This document shows, piece by piece, positions 21,845 to 36,522 of a DNA stretch of 64,000 bases. The stretch lies in contig CP075493.1 in assembly GCA_021613535.1 (NCBI GenBank), positions 6,448,001-6,512,000 of the forward strand. The letters are read 5' to 3'. This DNA comes from Adineta vaga. Taxonomy: Eukaryota > Animalia > Rotifera. The position numbers and the translations under genes are program-made. The first letter of the stretch is position 1. Each line of letters begins with the position of its first letter. Under the pieces are notes generated by a model that had not been told where the DNA came from, ran no database searches, and saw only the letters and a program-made list of their open reading frames with translations.

Positions 21845-24455
21845 TCATTCCTGAAGACAACGATAGACTTCAGAACGATTCAAACGAAATTGTGTCCAAC
21901 AACGTGGACCAGTAAAGCGAAAAGCATTATTTGTTATATTTGCTAATGGTTCTGAATTGTTAACAGTTGCTAGACGAGAGTCAGTAGAACCTAATCAGAT
22001 AATTTACAATCGAGATTGTTCATTGATTAGAAGAGTAACTTACGTCGATTACGTTGAGATTTTTCTGGAGTATTTGTTAGCTGAGGTTTCTTTATTACAG
22101 ATGTTGGCTCGTCAGGTTGCCCTCGAGGTAATATGCGATATTGAATTGGACGAACAGAGGAAGTCGATTTCTTTCCTGTTTGATGTTTTATTGATAAGGG
22201 ATGTTTATTTTCATCATCATTTGACATGGGAGGTGTTAGTTGATTATCATCTAGAGAAAAGAAGACATAAGATTTTTCATAAGAATGAGATTGTTTGTAT
22301 TATCATAATTTAGACATTTGATCATGCAAAAAAAGACCATCAATCATACATAAATTATCATTGTCATCTCTTTTTCTTCTCATAGAGTCTTTCTAAACTC
22401 ATGTATGAATGTCTGAACTAAATACTTTGAAGAATCTGTTGCTATTTCGACATTTCACATAGTCAGATAAGAAAAAGCATTCCCTATTTCGAGTTAAGTT
22501 TGTTGTGTTTTTAGGATTTTCTCTAGAGACATCGACGATGTCCGACATACGAATTTACTTATAACAGTGAATGAACATCATGGGATGATTAATGATGTTA
22601 TTGTCTACGACAAAAATAGTGTGAGTAGGAGGATTAGGAATATGTGCTCTTGGGATTATCATATGTACGTCACAGACAAGTGCACAAGTCATCCAGTTGA
22701 ATCTATTTCTTTCATCGAAGAAGAGAATCTCTTTAAAAACAAATAATTACTCACGTATTATATTAACGGCATTAGTTGAACTTTTTTCTCTCATTAGTAA
22801 CGTTTCTGTCATAGTTGTATTATCAGTGACAGTAATAGAATCATTCTTGAGTATTTGAGAGAAATGTCTTTGAATTGTATCTTGAACACTCAATTGTTTT
22901 TGATAATTATTTGATGATAAATTTTCTTGTTCATTCGAAGTTGGTACAGTTAAATTAGCAATAATTTTACTTGAATGTTTTCGATGTTCACGCATTGATG
23001 TACCATCACGAACTTTAAAAACCATATATATATATTAAATCAAAATTCTTCTCATAGATAAATAAATCTTTGTCACTCAGCACTTCTTAGCATTAATATC
23101 CTCTCATGAAATGTTCGAGAGATAAGTGATGTTTATCATCATTGTGACAAGATTTCTTTCACTTACTAAATGACGACGTTTGTGGATCAACGCCAAAGAG
23201 ATTTTGTTGAAGATTGATCGAATAGGTAGGACCATGATAGGTAGCTGTTCGTCGTCGTGATAGTTGTTGTTGTTGTTGTTGATAGTGTGGATAATGCTGT
23301 TGTGGTTGATGGTGATGATGATGATGATGATGATGACTTTTTTCATTAGCATTATCTGAATCACCATTTGATGATGTATATACTCCACGTTCTTGATTGA
23401 TCCATCGACGAATATCTCTGCAAAGTAGATTCGAACCATCAAATAATGTTATGATATACTGTTAAACAAATGAATCAAATCAATTCATTTTCTTACTTGA
23501 TAAATGGTATGACCATAAAGAATGCTTTTGGATTTAGATTTAATTTTATTTGTGATGTTGCATCACGTCGATGAATTGGTAAGTCAGCGATTGGAAACCA
23601 ACGCATTTCCTAAAAAAGAAAAAGTGAAATATTATATTCTTTTAGAAATTCAACATTTGAAGAAAAGTTTCGGTACATACTTTAATTTCATTTTTTGTTT
23701 TCGGAGCAAATTTCGTATCTAATGGTACTTGTTTAACCATATACAATCGAACAAGTTGTCCATTAAGTTCACGTTCTAAATATTGATCTTCGAAAGCACG
23801 ATCTTTCATATCAAAACCAACTTCTTCTAATACCTATAGAATATATTGTTACATAAAAGCCATTAGAAAAATGACATAGATTTGTTTTTCTCTTACTTCT
23901 CGGATGGCACATTTGAACGGACTTTCATTTTCTTGAACTTTTCCTTTCGGAAATCCCCAACTTTCTCGATTATAAAATCCTCGTACTAATAAAACATGTT
24001 CATAAGATGGATCAATTAAAACTGCTCCATAAGTTGGTACACTTAATTTATATCCACGCCATTTTGAAACGATTTCATCAAGATTATGAACATAATCACG
24101 AAGAAAAGGACAATGTAGGAAAACTAAGATTTAAAGAAAAACATCGAGAATAAATATATTGTTAATTTGTTTTATACTTTGTTGTGCAAAATCTTTGATA
24201 TTACAGATACGTAAATCATCATCATCTTCACAATAAAAATCAATATAAAACCAATGTGCTAATTCTACAGCGAATAATACTCGGACAAGATCATCACGTT
24301 GTTCAGCAGGAATATTAATAATAAAACGACTAAAATACAAACAAAAAAACTTTGTTACTGTTGTTGTTGTTGTTTTTCGTATATAACACGATGTATTACC
24401 TGCATAGATCGTCTAATACTTTGACTGGTATTTGTTGTTGTTGATCAGATGACAT
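21845..24455 (-). CDS. DCP2: mRNA-decapping enzyme 2 (multi-exon)
   Basis: MSSDQQQQIPVKVLDDLCSRFIINIP...LFAVELAHWFYIDFY (Box A), VPTYGAVL, Nudix box [27 protein letters not shown], Q/H-rich tail, and last exon ...WTQFRLNRSEVYRCLQE*. Confidence 0.92.
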
Positions 24456-24751
24456 AATAAATTAGATAGGAAAAGAAAAAAAGAGATAAGGAGGGATAGA
24501 TGGAATAGAAGAAAAAAAGAGAGGAGGATTTGGGAGTTGAATTCGTTTTGTCGTTTTTTTTTTACATCGAAAATGACAAACACATTGTCATATAAATATG
24601 TTCCTCTCCATTCACATTGGATCAAAATTTATACGAGTAGGTAAACTATGGATGCATAGCATGAGATGAGATTGAGAAGATAATGAAATGATCTAACTAA
24701 CATTCATTCATTTTATCTAAGAACGAAAAAGATAAATAAAAAAAGATCACA

Positions 24752-25282
24752 ATGCCTTTAAAAGGTATTCCTCAAGCAATCTCACCGGAATTACTCTATG
24801 CCTTAGCATCAATGGGTCATGGCGATGAAATCGTCTTGGCTGATTCGAATTTTCCATCCGACTCCATTGCGCGAGCGAATAATGCTCGTTTAATTTCATG
24901 CGATGGTTTACCAATTCCGAAATTACTTCGTCAAATCTTAAAATTATTTCCGTTAGATCAATACGTTTCTCAACCAGTAGCATTAATGGATTTAGTTGAT
25001 GGTGATAAAAAGAAAGGTTTAGATGTACCTATATGGAACGAATATAAACAAATTGTCGGAGAGAATGTACAATTTGAAATGGTTGAACGTTTTCAATTTT
25101 ATGAACGAGCTAAGAAATGTTTCGCAGTTGTTCGTAAGTATAAATATCGATCGATTTATCGTCTAATATCTTCTGATCTTTTAGGTACGGGTGAAAGTGC
25201 AATTTATGCAAATATTATTTTGAAGAAAGGTGTCATCCCGAAGAAACCATCGAAGAATGAAAATGATGATGATGCTGAATAA
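24752..25282 (+). CDS. FUOM: Fucose mutarotase (RbsD/FucU family)
   Basis: MPLKGIP...SPELLYALASMGHGDEIVLADSNFP...ERFQFYERAKKCFAVVRTGE...YANIILKKGV; one 51-nt intron 25134-25184. Confidence 0.93.
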   Translation: MPLKGIPQAISPELLYALASMGHGDEIVLADSNFPSDSIARANNARLISCDGLPIPKLLRQILKLFPLDQYVSQPVALMDLVDGDKKKGLDVPIWNEYKQIVGENVQFEMVERFQFYERAKKCFAVVRKYKYRSIYRLISSDLLGTGESAIYANIILKKGVIPKKPSKNENDDDAE

Positions 25283-25484
25283 TTAATCAATGATCAATAA
25301 CTATCGCTAGATTCTTCTTTTCATTTCTTCTGTGATTTTTAGTTAATTTCGATAAAAAAAAGTAATTATTAAAACGTTCCAATACAAACTACGGACTCTT
25401 TTAGATAAAAAAAAAAACTTGAATAAATAAATTCATAATAATATAGTACAAGCAAATATTTGTTTTATCCAAAAGAAAAAGAAT

Positions 25485-28400
25485 ATGAATACTTCGTAAG
25501 CAAATCGTTCTTTCAGACGAAAGTGTGATGCCTAGATTATTTATAGATCTTCATCTGTTCATAATCTTTTATCAAATTTAAAGTCCATTGTTGAATTGAT
25601 AATCAAATTTCCAGGTGATTCCTTAACATCACAATATGGTGCAATAGAACGCATTCGATCTGCTATACTATCGATTCTATCGCATGGTCTTAAACAGGTG
25701 TGTTTTGTTTGATAGAAAACTTATTAGATAGAAAAATTTCATTGTAGCGTAATAATGAAAGATTGACGTATATTCAGCATTAAAATAACCTTTATGGATG
25801 ATGTGATTCATTTATAAACTTTTTAGTAATGTATTTCTAGAAAAATGAATCAAACATGAAAAGAATGTAGATTATCATATGGGTCAATTATTTGATTCTT
25901 CTCCGAGAGACATTCGAATATTTCCTACGTAATAAGATTTCATGGAAATAAAAATTGCTACTCGTTTTTCTTTTCCAAACCACACAATGTTGAATAATGT
26001 AAATAAAGAAAACAGACTCAAACACTTTAATTGAAAAATATCACATGTCATGCAAAACAAAGTATCTCTTTTTCTTATTTAGAAAACAGGAGAGATCTCG
26101 GAACAATTATGGCAATTCATTATACGTTTAAATTCCAATTCACAAAAACATATACATTTATTACAAGATATTTATCATAAAGAAAATCTTCGCCTAACAG
26201 TTGAACAATGGATTGATCAATCAGTTATAACTCAATGTTTATCTCAACAAATATCCTATGTTGAAAATAATATGGATTTACTTGAACAATATTATTCTAG
26301 TATGTGGAATATTTTCTTTTATTATTTTCTGCTGAGTGAAATAGACATTTATTTGATGAAATTTTTTAAGAATTTGCACAAAATATACGACTAACGTCGA
26401 CGTCCAATATAGGGTCGTATATTTTTTGTAAAATGATGTCTTCGATCAGGAACAAAAATAAGATATTCGCCCTTACGATATACGAAATAACCCGTACCGC
26501 GTAGATGACGTTCTAATAGGACATTGTTGTTCTCGTAGAGAGTATTTTCATTTGAATGAATCGATCGACGATTGATATTGAAAGATAAGGATGCATTGGA
26601 AACAGATATAAGGAAACAGCAGATGAATAAAATGGTTAATGAACAAGATACAACACGATTTGTTGTCGACGTGTTGTTCGTTGTTTGAGTAAAGAAGAAG
26701 AGCATTGATTGATGTTAAATTATACTCTCCTCCTTCTTCTTCTAGGATATTTTCGCGTACACTAAAATCAGTTGCCGTGTATTCGTCGTATTCTATTGAA
26801 ATTGAAGGGAAAAAACAAAAGAAATATTATATCAAAAATCAAATAATCAATAATAGATCGGAAATATTCTACTTGCCTTCTATGTTTTTGTTATAGAATT
26901 CTAGACAAATCCTGATTGACTTATTCTTTTGCTCGAGAATAAAACGTGATTATTGTATTTTCATTTTAATCTTCAAAAATCAAAGAGTCTAGCATGAAAA
27001 AAAGAAATTAGAACTAGGCATGTTTAATAAGTCGATTTTCAAAGACAAAAACGATTTTTTTATTTCTATTTTCTTTCTTTCTTTCTTTCTCGTCTATCAT
27101 TGTCAACAGAAAAGTTTACCAAACGTCTCTTATTTGTTCTCTATGAAATATACATTTGTGCATTGTGAGTGTAAAATCATCATCAATGATCTCATGTTCA
27201 GTGTTTTTACATGAGAGATAAATTATCATGTCTGTACTTACGGAATTGATGATAATGATGAGGATTAATTTTAAAATACTTCGAATGTTGTTAAAAGCAG
27301 CATTCAACGAAGCAATCTTAAAAAGAAAATACCAAGCAGAAAGGATAGAGTTAAGTAAGAAGCAAACAAGTCGATGTTTCTTTTCTATTTCTTCGCTTGA
27401 ATAAAAATCTGTTTGACTAAAAATCTGACAGAATCTCTTTCTCTTGTCATTAACACATATGAAAATATTACTAGAGCGTGGGATGAAAAGGGTTGGATGA
27501 CGATAGTAATGTCATTGATGATGATGAATGCATGAGTTCAACAATTGAATAGAAAGAAAAGAATGTTAAGGATTGCTAAACATATGTAGAAGAGCTGAAC
27601 GAATCAAATGCACGAGGAACTAATGTAGTCGAATACGAACGAAAGAATATAAATAGTATACATGTCGATTTCAATCGGAAAATACTAGAAGAATCAATAT
27701 GATAGTAATTCAATTCAAATAATAAGAAATTAACAAACGGGAAAAACGAGTTGTGATCGATAGTTATTGTTCAACTGTCTCTAGCGGATCTTATTATTAC
27801 GCTTTACTAAATATTAGGGGAAAAAATATTGAGCAAACGAATGAACATTAGTCTTTTTTAATCAAAACGTGCTTTTTACTAACTATTTTTTTTTCTCCAT
27901 GACATATGTTCAGTTTTCTCTTGTCTATGGTATTAATTATCTCAAAGCGTTTCGATCCAGTCAATTACATTTCAAATTAGAGTTTTTATCTTCCTTTTCT
28001 AGGTCATGCTTTTATGCGAAAATTGCATTTATATCATGCTTTTGTTATTTGTATACGTACTGTCGAATCGAGTGATCCATCGTTACTTCTTACTATTGAT
28101 CCCAAATTGGTAAATATAGAATTGAAGAAAAAAAAATACTCTTCATTATTTTTATATTTCTAATTAATAGTCTATCTATGGGGATATTCAGGAACCACCA
28201 GAAGTTCTAACAAATGATGAGATATCTAATTCATATGCATTGTCAATATCGAAAACACAAAGTAATGATAGTAATGCGGCTGTATCTAAACTATCTGTTG
28301 ATGATAGTCAATATAAAGTCTGTAAGTGAAACAGATTGTCTTTGTTATTTAAAACAAAATTTTTTTTTCTCCGTGTAGTTCCAGTTGCTCAACGTCGTAT

Positions 28401-31063
28401 TCTTCATCGTCGTATTCATAGTGATCCGATATTTCATGTCCCCAATAATCCAAATAATTACTCTCATGTCACATCGTCTGTTCTACTCCATGAAATTAGT
28501 TTCAATAATCAAGAAAATTCACCTAATGTTTCTTATTCATGTGAGTACGGATCTAGTTACGATTCTCGTACAGATTCTTTTCTATCCATTGAACAATCAT
28601 TACCATTGGAGAGTAATAAACGTCAATCAATATCAAGTAAAATAACATTGATCGATGAGGAAGAAAATCAATTTTATCAATCTACAATGTTTCCAACAGA
28701 TTCAAACGTAACACAGAGTAAATCTAATGAAAATGAAATGCAGATTATCTGATTCTTTTTTCGTAAATTTTCTAGAAGATTGTTTGCCACATTCGTCACT
28801 TTTCTGGCCAAGAAAAAATCAAACATTAGATAATTACATACGTGAATGTGATTCTCAAACACGGACAGATGTGGAAAAAGTAAATTTTATTCATAAATAT
28901 TTCTATTCATCTGTTCGCTTTTCTAGGAAAATGCACATTTTTATTTCAGTGAAGCAATTATATCAGCTCTTGAATATATTAAATTTAGTGAAAAATGTAA
29001 GAAATATTTTGAAGCATCAGATGAAAATATTATGACATTGAATTCATTTGATTATTCGACGAATAATTCAAAGTATGTTTAATCAGAGACTACTCTCTCT
29101 CTCTCTAGTTTGTTTCTTATGATAATTTAGTTCAAATGATTTCTCCGCAGAAACTATAGGTAATTATTTATTAAATTTGATTAATTTTAATTCGTAATTT
29201 AGCATTAGCGATAATGGATTCATGGAAGAATCATAAAATACCAACGGCTATTGAATTATTTTGGATGATTCCATATCAAGAAGAAATAATCGAAGAAGTA
29301 CAGTTGAATTATTCGGTATTAGTTGATGTTCTATATAACTTTCTTTTCTTTTTTGAAGTTACCATCATCTGAAGATAGCAAATCAATCGAACAAATTGGT
29401 AATTATTCTTCTTCTGTAGACAATAGTCAAAGAGTAAGAAAATATCTCTTGATTTTCTTATCGTACAATGATTTCTATCGAAGATCTTACGTCGAGGAAA
29501 TAGTCATTGGGCACCACCACGTGAACAATTGATCTTTCATATTCATCAATCAATAAGGTACGTGAAAAAATGCTTACAATTATCTATTGTTTTCATGTAT
29601 ATACGGAGATCAGTGATTTTTATCATTATGAATGCACTCAAATTGTAACTTTATCTGTTATTCATTGATATTTGTACAAAATAACATTGTTTGAACATAA
29701 TTACAGGTATTGCGATTAATACTACTAAGTAAAGGATATTACTAGAAACGTGCTTTTAAAATGACTTTAATTCTAAGAAAAAAAAGTATAGTCTGGCAAT
29801 AATCAGTATCGTATGGGATTATTTGAACACATAATTGAATAGAATAATTCCTATTTCCATAATTCAGCACGTTTGTTTTCAATTAATTATTAAACAAAAA
29901 TGCACTCTTACTTTTCTTCAATAGAAATTTAATGAGGAAAAAGCAGTACATATAATCAATTGATATGTACGATACAGAAAAAATGTTTAAAACAAACTAA
30001 ACAATGTGAATTTGACTTTTAAATCTTACTTGTTTTTTTGTCCCATAGTCGTGAAAGTCAATTAAAAAAACAAAATCATCTATGTGCTGGTTGTGGACGT
30101 GATGTTGAAAAAGGTTATGCTCATCGATTTCGATATTGTGAATATACCGGTAGGATAATTTCATCAATAGGAGCATTTTTATAAAACATTCTATTTTTCC
30201 TAGGCAAATTTTTCTGTCGTAGTTGTCATTCAGACAAAAAATTTTATCTACCCTCTTATATTATCACGAAATGGGAATTTTCCAATAAACATAGTATATC
30301 CAATTTTGCATATGATTATTTAAATCGTATTTATACAGAACCGTTCTTTAATATTTATGATCTTAATACAAAATTATATGAAAAAAGTAATACATTGAGA
30401 ATGATGAATCAACTTCGTTGGGCATTGTATTTTCTCAGAAATTACATAACAACATGTCGTTTTGCTGAAGAACAAGGGTAGGACAAATTCTTCAAATTGA
30501 TATTTGTAAATATCTAATCGATTTGCTGTCTAGTCATCAACAAACTTTACAATCAATACCACCCTATGTATATGAACATCCACATACTTATTCATTACAA
30601 GATTTAGTTAAAGTAAATACATCGTTGATTACATTTGAGTTTTTGTAATGTATTTTTTTTCTAGACTAAATTAGGTGAATTACATAAAGAATACGAACCG
30701 ATTGTCGTAAATTTACGTGAACATGTTCTATCATGCTCGTTATGTTATGCTAAAGGTTACATATGTGAAATATGTCAAGATGATAAGAGTATTCTATTTC
30801 CGTTTAATGTTCAAACAACAAGCATCTGTCCTGGTTAGTATTGATTTCGTTTTAATAAAGATAAATGAGATGAAATCATTTCTTCTTTACAGTTTGTCAA
30901 TCATGTTTTCATATTTTTTGTCATGAAAAAAAGAAATTTATTTGTCCAAAATGTGAACGAACCAAACATCGTAGGTTAGTACGAAATAAATCAATGAATT
31001 CAATATTGAAAAAATATTTTTCTCTTCTATTCTAGTACAATTACTTCTGTAAAATCCAAGTAG
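25485..31063 (+). CDS. RUBCN: Rubicon (RUN domain + C-terminal Cys-rich Rubicon-homology domain), multi-exon
   Basis: N-terminal [10 protein letters not shown]...[21 protein letters not shown] matches the Rubicon RUN start; the RUN domain continues at 26083-26300 and from 28002. C-terminal QNHLCAGCG...[16 protein letters not shown]...CPKCER; stop TAG 31061-31063. Confidence 0.88.
26391..26705 (-). CDS. Secreted peptide (neuropeptide-like) precursor nested antisense in a RUBCN intron
   Basis: 104-aa ORF with a hydrophobic signal-like segment ([21 protein letters not shown]), dibasic sites (RR, RK, RR) and terminal G-RRR amidation signal; lies in the RUBCN intron ~26301-28001. Confidence 0.7.
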   Translation of the reverse strand: MLFFFTQTTNNTSTTNRVVSCSLTILFICCFLISVSNASLSFNINRRSIHSNENTLYENNNVLLERHLRGTGYFVYRKGEYLIFVPDRRHHFTKNIRPYIGRRR

Positions 31064-31619
31064 AAAACATCCATAAATGATCAAAACAATTTCAGTGATT
31101 TCCAGTGTCTTTCATTACGCGTTATTATTGTTGTTGTTTATTTTTTTAATTAAGATAATTTTCCATACATATCAATCAATAATATTTTATTCTGATTAAA
31201 ATATAATAAACAAAAAGAAGCATTTCAATCGACAGATAATAATCTATCATTGATTAAGTCAAGAGAAGAGAAAAAGGGGTCGGTTAACTGTCTTTCTTAA
31301 TCTGCGACATACGTTTGTGAAGTTTATATCATGATAGTCTCGCATCTATTTATCTCTACAGACGAGTGCGACTGATGACATTAATTGATCGTTGCTCGAT
31401 GACGAGCACTGAAAGAAATGATCTTGTACAATCAATAGCGAGGAGGAAGAAAATCGAAAGACAAAACATCATTACTCTATCATGTATTTTCAATGGAATG
31501 AATGTCAGAAGCAGTGTATTGTAACGTTGGATACACAGAAAGGAAAAGGACAACAATCTAATGATAATAGATATCGACACGTTCCTTCAGATTTCTTCTC
31601 CATATAGTATTTATCTTCG

Positions 31620-34600
31620 ATGAATACAAGTCGATTTACAATTGTCCGACGTTTTGGTCGAAGCTTTTTATTACCATCACATGGTCACATCTCGATTAAT
31701 AATGAGTAAGAATCATTTTCTTTATTAGTACTGTTACTTTCATGTCATATCGTTAGACAAAAAAGAAAAGTCTTGGTAATCTCAATAGAATATATATTGT
31801 CAGATGGGACAAAGAGAGAGAGAGAAAAAACCAGCAAGGCTTCAATCTATCAGCGGAAAAGAGGCTGATGATGATCAAATAGAATCTATCTTTTTGCTTG
31901 ATATACTTATTATTATTATTATATTCTACGATCTTTCTCTAAATTGACGACAATTGCTTCTAAGTAAGACTTAATTTACTTTCGAATGAAGAGTTTGTTG
32001 ACAAGGGAAAACAAAGTTTTTCTCTATTTGAACTGTCGTTTCTAGTCTAATATATATATATATATAGATACGTCATTGAAAAACTATCTTGAATAATAGA
32101 TTGATCATGTATGACATTTTAACTGTTATCTTCCATTTTCATGATGTACATTATGTGTACTATTTTGTCGTTTATTCTTATTAGAATAAGAGAATGTGTT
32201 GCATTGATATGACATGGCAAAAGTAAATGAGACATAAAATAAGTTTGTATTTCAAGCAGACACACATATATCCTACAGAGTCAATCCATTTATCTCTCTA
32301 TCTATATATATAGCATTGTATCAGTGATGATAGTAAAAAAGATATTTGAAAGTATAAGTTAAGTGATTAATACCGAAATATCCAAAGTATTTGATTTCAT
32401 ATGAACAATAATAATAATAAATTAACACATCGATCAGCACAAATTGTTTTGATTAAAGAACGTATTCGCCATGCGACACTATTACGGACACATTCATTGC
32501 CTATATCATTTTATAGTGACATGAAAAACAGGTAATTTTTTATCGTCTTCTTATTGGTTCGAGTATCTTTCCATCTTTTTTTTCCAATTATTCTAACAAT
32601 AAATTAATTAATACAAGACTCTCTATTGAATACTCTCTCGAGAGTATTCGGACGTTCTCTCTTTCTCATTTTTTTTCCTTGTTGATATAATCGAAAAAGT
32701 TGATCATCGATCATTCTGTCATTTCTTTGACATGAACACGATGACAACAGCATCAACAGTAACAACAACGAATTTACATCGTATAGATTCCGCATCTTCT
32801 CGTCGTGTAATTATCGTTCGACAGATGAGTTTTAAAGTCAAACCAACAATAAGTACATTGAACTTCGAACCTGATCTTCACCAACTTTCTTCTTTTCCGA
32901 CATCTGAAAAACACCGGAAATCGCTGTTCAAGTAGGTTTTATTCTCTGTTTCTCTATCTACAAATATGTTAATATTTATTTTCTGTGATGATATTAGTCG
33001 AAGAATGCCATATAGATGTTCTTAGTTATGATTAAATACAATCTCGTTTTCACGGCATGATATCATATTAATTATACATCGAATATATCAATTGAGAAGA
33101 ATGTTAGATTTAGAGAGAGAGATATTGAATGTTGAATGAATTGTTTGTGACATTATTACTCTTCTTAAATAACGAATAAGAATCAACAGGATGCATCGAC
33201 TTTCTTATTAGTCGTGTTTATACTAAAGTATATTAGGAGTAGTGACTAGAAGAACAGATGCTGATGATTTTCTGTGAAATAACGCGTAACAATGGGGTGA
33301 CGGCCAGCTTGATAACATAATTCTTTCTTTTCTCTCTTAGCATTTGTTCGCTGACGATAACAGTCAGATATACACGCGTACAGCTGAATGCCGATCAAAC
33401 AAGCAGAAACAGCAGTGTTGTCTAGTGCCATTTCTTTTTTTTTCTGTCTTGCACTGTTAGTGTACTCTATTCTGCATTGATTAGAAAAAAGACACCGATC
33501 TGCTTCTTCTTTTTTTTTCTTCATCGATGTGTATATGTGTACATATACAGTCTTTACTGGTTCGATTGTATCCTTGTGTTTACTGATCTGATTTTTCTCG
33601 AGGATACGAATAATCCAAAATTGTCTTTCGAACAGAATTAAGACAAGAAATGCGTCCTGGTCAAGTTTTTGTTGTTTATCGTTCTGCAGCACTTTCGTTG
33701 GCCAAATCAAAGTATGCAATCGAAGCGAGAAATCAATTTTTTCTGCTTCTTCTCTTCATCGTCTAGTTGATCGACATTGAATCTGATATATATTTTTTTT
33801 TCTATTACAGTATGCGCCGTCGACAAGCTAAAAATTCTGCAGCAACAGATGATCAACGAGTTTGTACAAAAGACAATTGTTTAAAATGTTGCAAGAAATC
33901 AACAGCATTTCTTTTTTCACGTGTGGGATTATTTCTTGTTATGATGGGTTATGTTGCTTTTGGTGGAATCTTATTTCAATTACTTGAAGCAGGAAATGAA
34001 TCGAAAATGCGTAGTAGTATGGCAGAAGAACTTGATAAGACGTTAAAAAAACTATGGAATGTTACTTTGAAAGCTAATTCTGTTCCTGAAGAATATAAAC
34101 GAGGCAATTTTAGCCGTTGGGCAACGCCAGAACTAGCGTAAGTATTCTACATTTTTTCTTTTCTCGTATCTATAGACAAGAAACGAATGATCGTTTTTTT
34201 TTCGTTCAGTGCATTTGAAGATACAGTTAAAGTTAAAGTACAAGAAGGTTTTGATGGACGAACAGTTGATTCTGATCATGATTGGAATTATTTCGGAGCT
34301 GTTCTTTATGCTGTAACACTTGTTTCAACAATTGGTAAGACAAATTGAACATTAATAAGTGTTGACAAGGCCATAGATACTTGTCTGCCTTGAAATATCA
34401 TTGATTAACTGAAAGATGCATTGAGTTGAACTTTTCTTCGCCTACATAGGATATGGTCATATAACAACAAAGACAATGCAAGGTAAAATAGCAACAATTC
34501 TTTATAGTGCATTTGGCGTACCATTAATGATGCTTTTCGTTGCTAATATTGGTTCGACGATGGCAAAAATGTTTTCATTTGTATTTACACGTTTAACAAT

Positions 34601-36522
34601 GATTCTCTGTTGTCGATTAAGTAATAAAAAGAAACGAACATTAAAATATCGACAAAAATTACTTGAAAAAGCAAGTCAATCACAATATATTGTGGATGAT
34701 AAACCGCCAATTACAATTTATAATCAAGAAACAAAATCAAATTTAAAAGCAATACCAGATGAAAAATTTCAACCATCATCAACCGTATCAAAACCAATAA
34801 TTCCTTCACTTACAAGTTCGACAACGGATGTTCCAGCTGATATAAGACAATTATCAGCAGATATGCGTTTAAATTTGTTAACAGGTATTACTAATCAAAC
34901 TAAACCACGTTCTTTAGCATCATCAGTTAATTCAGTTGTCGAAAAACCAAAAGATGCACTTGTTCGTATTAATGAACTTATTCGACAGAATTCTGTTCAA
35001 AATATCGAACTGAGAAATGATCATGAAGATGAAGACATTCGACGAAAATCAATCGATATTAATCAAATACAATATTATACTAATGAAACAAATAAACTAA
35101 CAAGTAATTTGGATAATTCGACACAAGAAAAAACATTAGAAGCTAATGAGAAGGACGAGAACAATATGAAACAAGTAAGTTATCGTACATCGTATAAACT
35201 TTCGATGAATGTCGAAAAATTTCATTAGCCAATTCTATCGATGAAATATGTTTTTATAAGCAAATCTATATTTAACTATTTCATAAAATACTTCAATGCT
35301 AATAATAGGTTATTAAAACAAAATCAAAGAAATAGTTAGCATTCCTATTGCTAATCAATTTATTTATATTTGGTATTGTTTACAGCATTTCTTTCATAGA
35401 AACAGATAACAAAATAGACAAACAAATAGAAAAATAGAAAGGAGATTGATTATACTGCTAATTTCCAGCGTACATATAAGCGGCCTACAAAATAACCCTA
35501 GAATTTGTAATTTTTTATTTATTAAAAGTCTATAGGTCAATGATACATATCATATTCCGTAAACAAAAATATCAGATGATTGTACCAAGAAATTCTGAGT
35601 TTGATCTCAACTATAAATAGGAACATTTTTTTTAATATTATGTTTTTCTTTCTAGGTTGCTATAGCAGAGGAAGTTACGACTATTTCCGATAGTGACACA
35701 AAGAAGAAATCAAAGAAAGCAGATAAAAAAAATTTAAAACGTTCAAAATCGGAATCAACGCATAATCGTCAAGTAAATAAAAAACCGGTTTCTGATCCTT
35801 CATCCGTGAATGAGACAGAAACATCTAATACACCAACGAAACCTGCACGTCGACGATTTTTTTCACGAAAAAATGATAAATTAAAGAAACAGAGTGCAGT
35901 TGATGATGGAACGAATGAAAGCTTATTATTACAACAACAACAACAACAAAAGCAGCAACCACAGACAACGACTATTGATGAAATTCATCAAACCAGCGCA
36001 AAATTATCACGTAAATCTCAAAGTTTCAATGAAACTTCAACGCGTATTTTACCGCCACCACCTAACTATGAACAATCAACGACAAGTGACATAACTCCAT
36101 TACCACCAACTGTGACATGGAAAGGAGAACATGAATTTTATCCAGCTGTCGATTTAACAAATGGTAATTTTGAAGATGAAGAAGATTTTGATGATGATGA
36201 CGAAGAAATGAGTGTTCCATTACTTGTCACAGTTTTTGTCATTCCGCTTTATTTAACACTTGGAGCTATTCTTTTTACTATTTGGGAAGAATGGAGTTTT
36301 CTGAATTCATTTTATTTTTGTTTTATTACAATTACAACCATCGGTTTTGGAGATTTCGTACCTGGAGCATCATTAAAAGTTGAAGCTGAAAAAGGCAAAC
36401 TTATATCTGCAGCTGTGTATATTCTTTTTGGTCTCGTTTTAATTGCAATGTGTGTTAATTTAATGAAAGAACAATTAAGTCAAAAAGTCAAACGAGTTGC
36501 CAACAAATTGGGTAATTTTTAA
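31620..36522 (+). CDS. Two-pore domain (K2P, TWK/KCNK18-like) potassium channel; common exon from 33811, three candidate alternative first exons
   Basis: TM1 VGLFLVMMGYVAFGGILFQLLE; pore 1 WNYFGAVLYAVTLVSTIGYGH; long M2-M3 loop; pore 2 WSFLNSFYFCFITITTIGFGDFVP; TM4; stop at 36522. Confidence 0.9.

Noticed and set aside
25134-25184. 17-aa insertion in FUOM suggested by the continuous ORF
   Set aside because: It is a canonical 51-nt GT-AG intron that happens to be stop-free; removing it restores VVRTGE.
26391-26545. Similarity of the nested peptide to vertebrate neurotensin (LYEN and RPYI words)
   Set aside because: The two words are ~40 residues apart, and neurotensin ends in free-acid PYIL rather than an amide; most likely coincidence.
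33246-33719. 157-aa minus-strand ORF
   Set aside because: No domain or recognisable composition; it overlaps the K2P upstream region and candidate first exon on the other strand.
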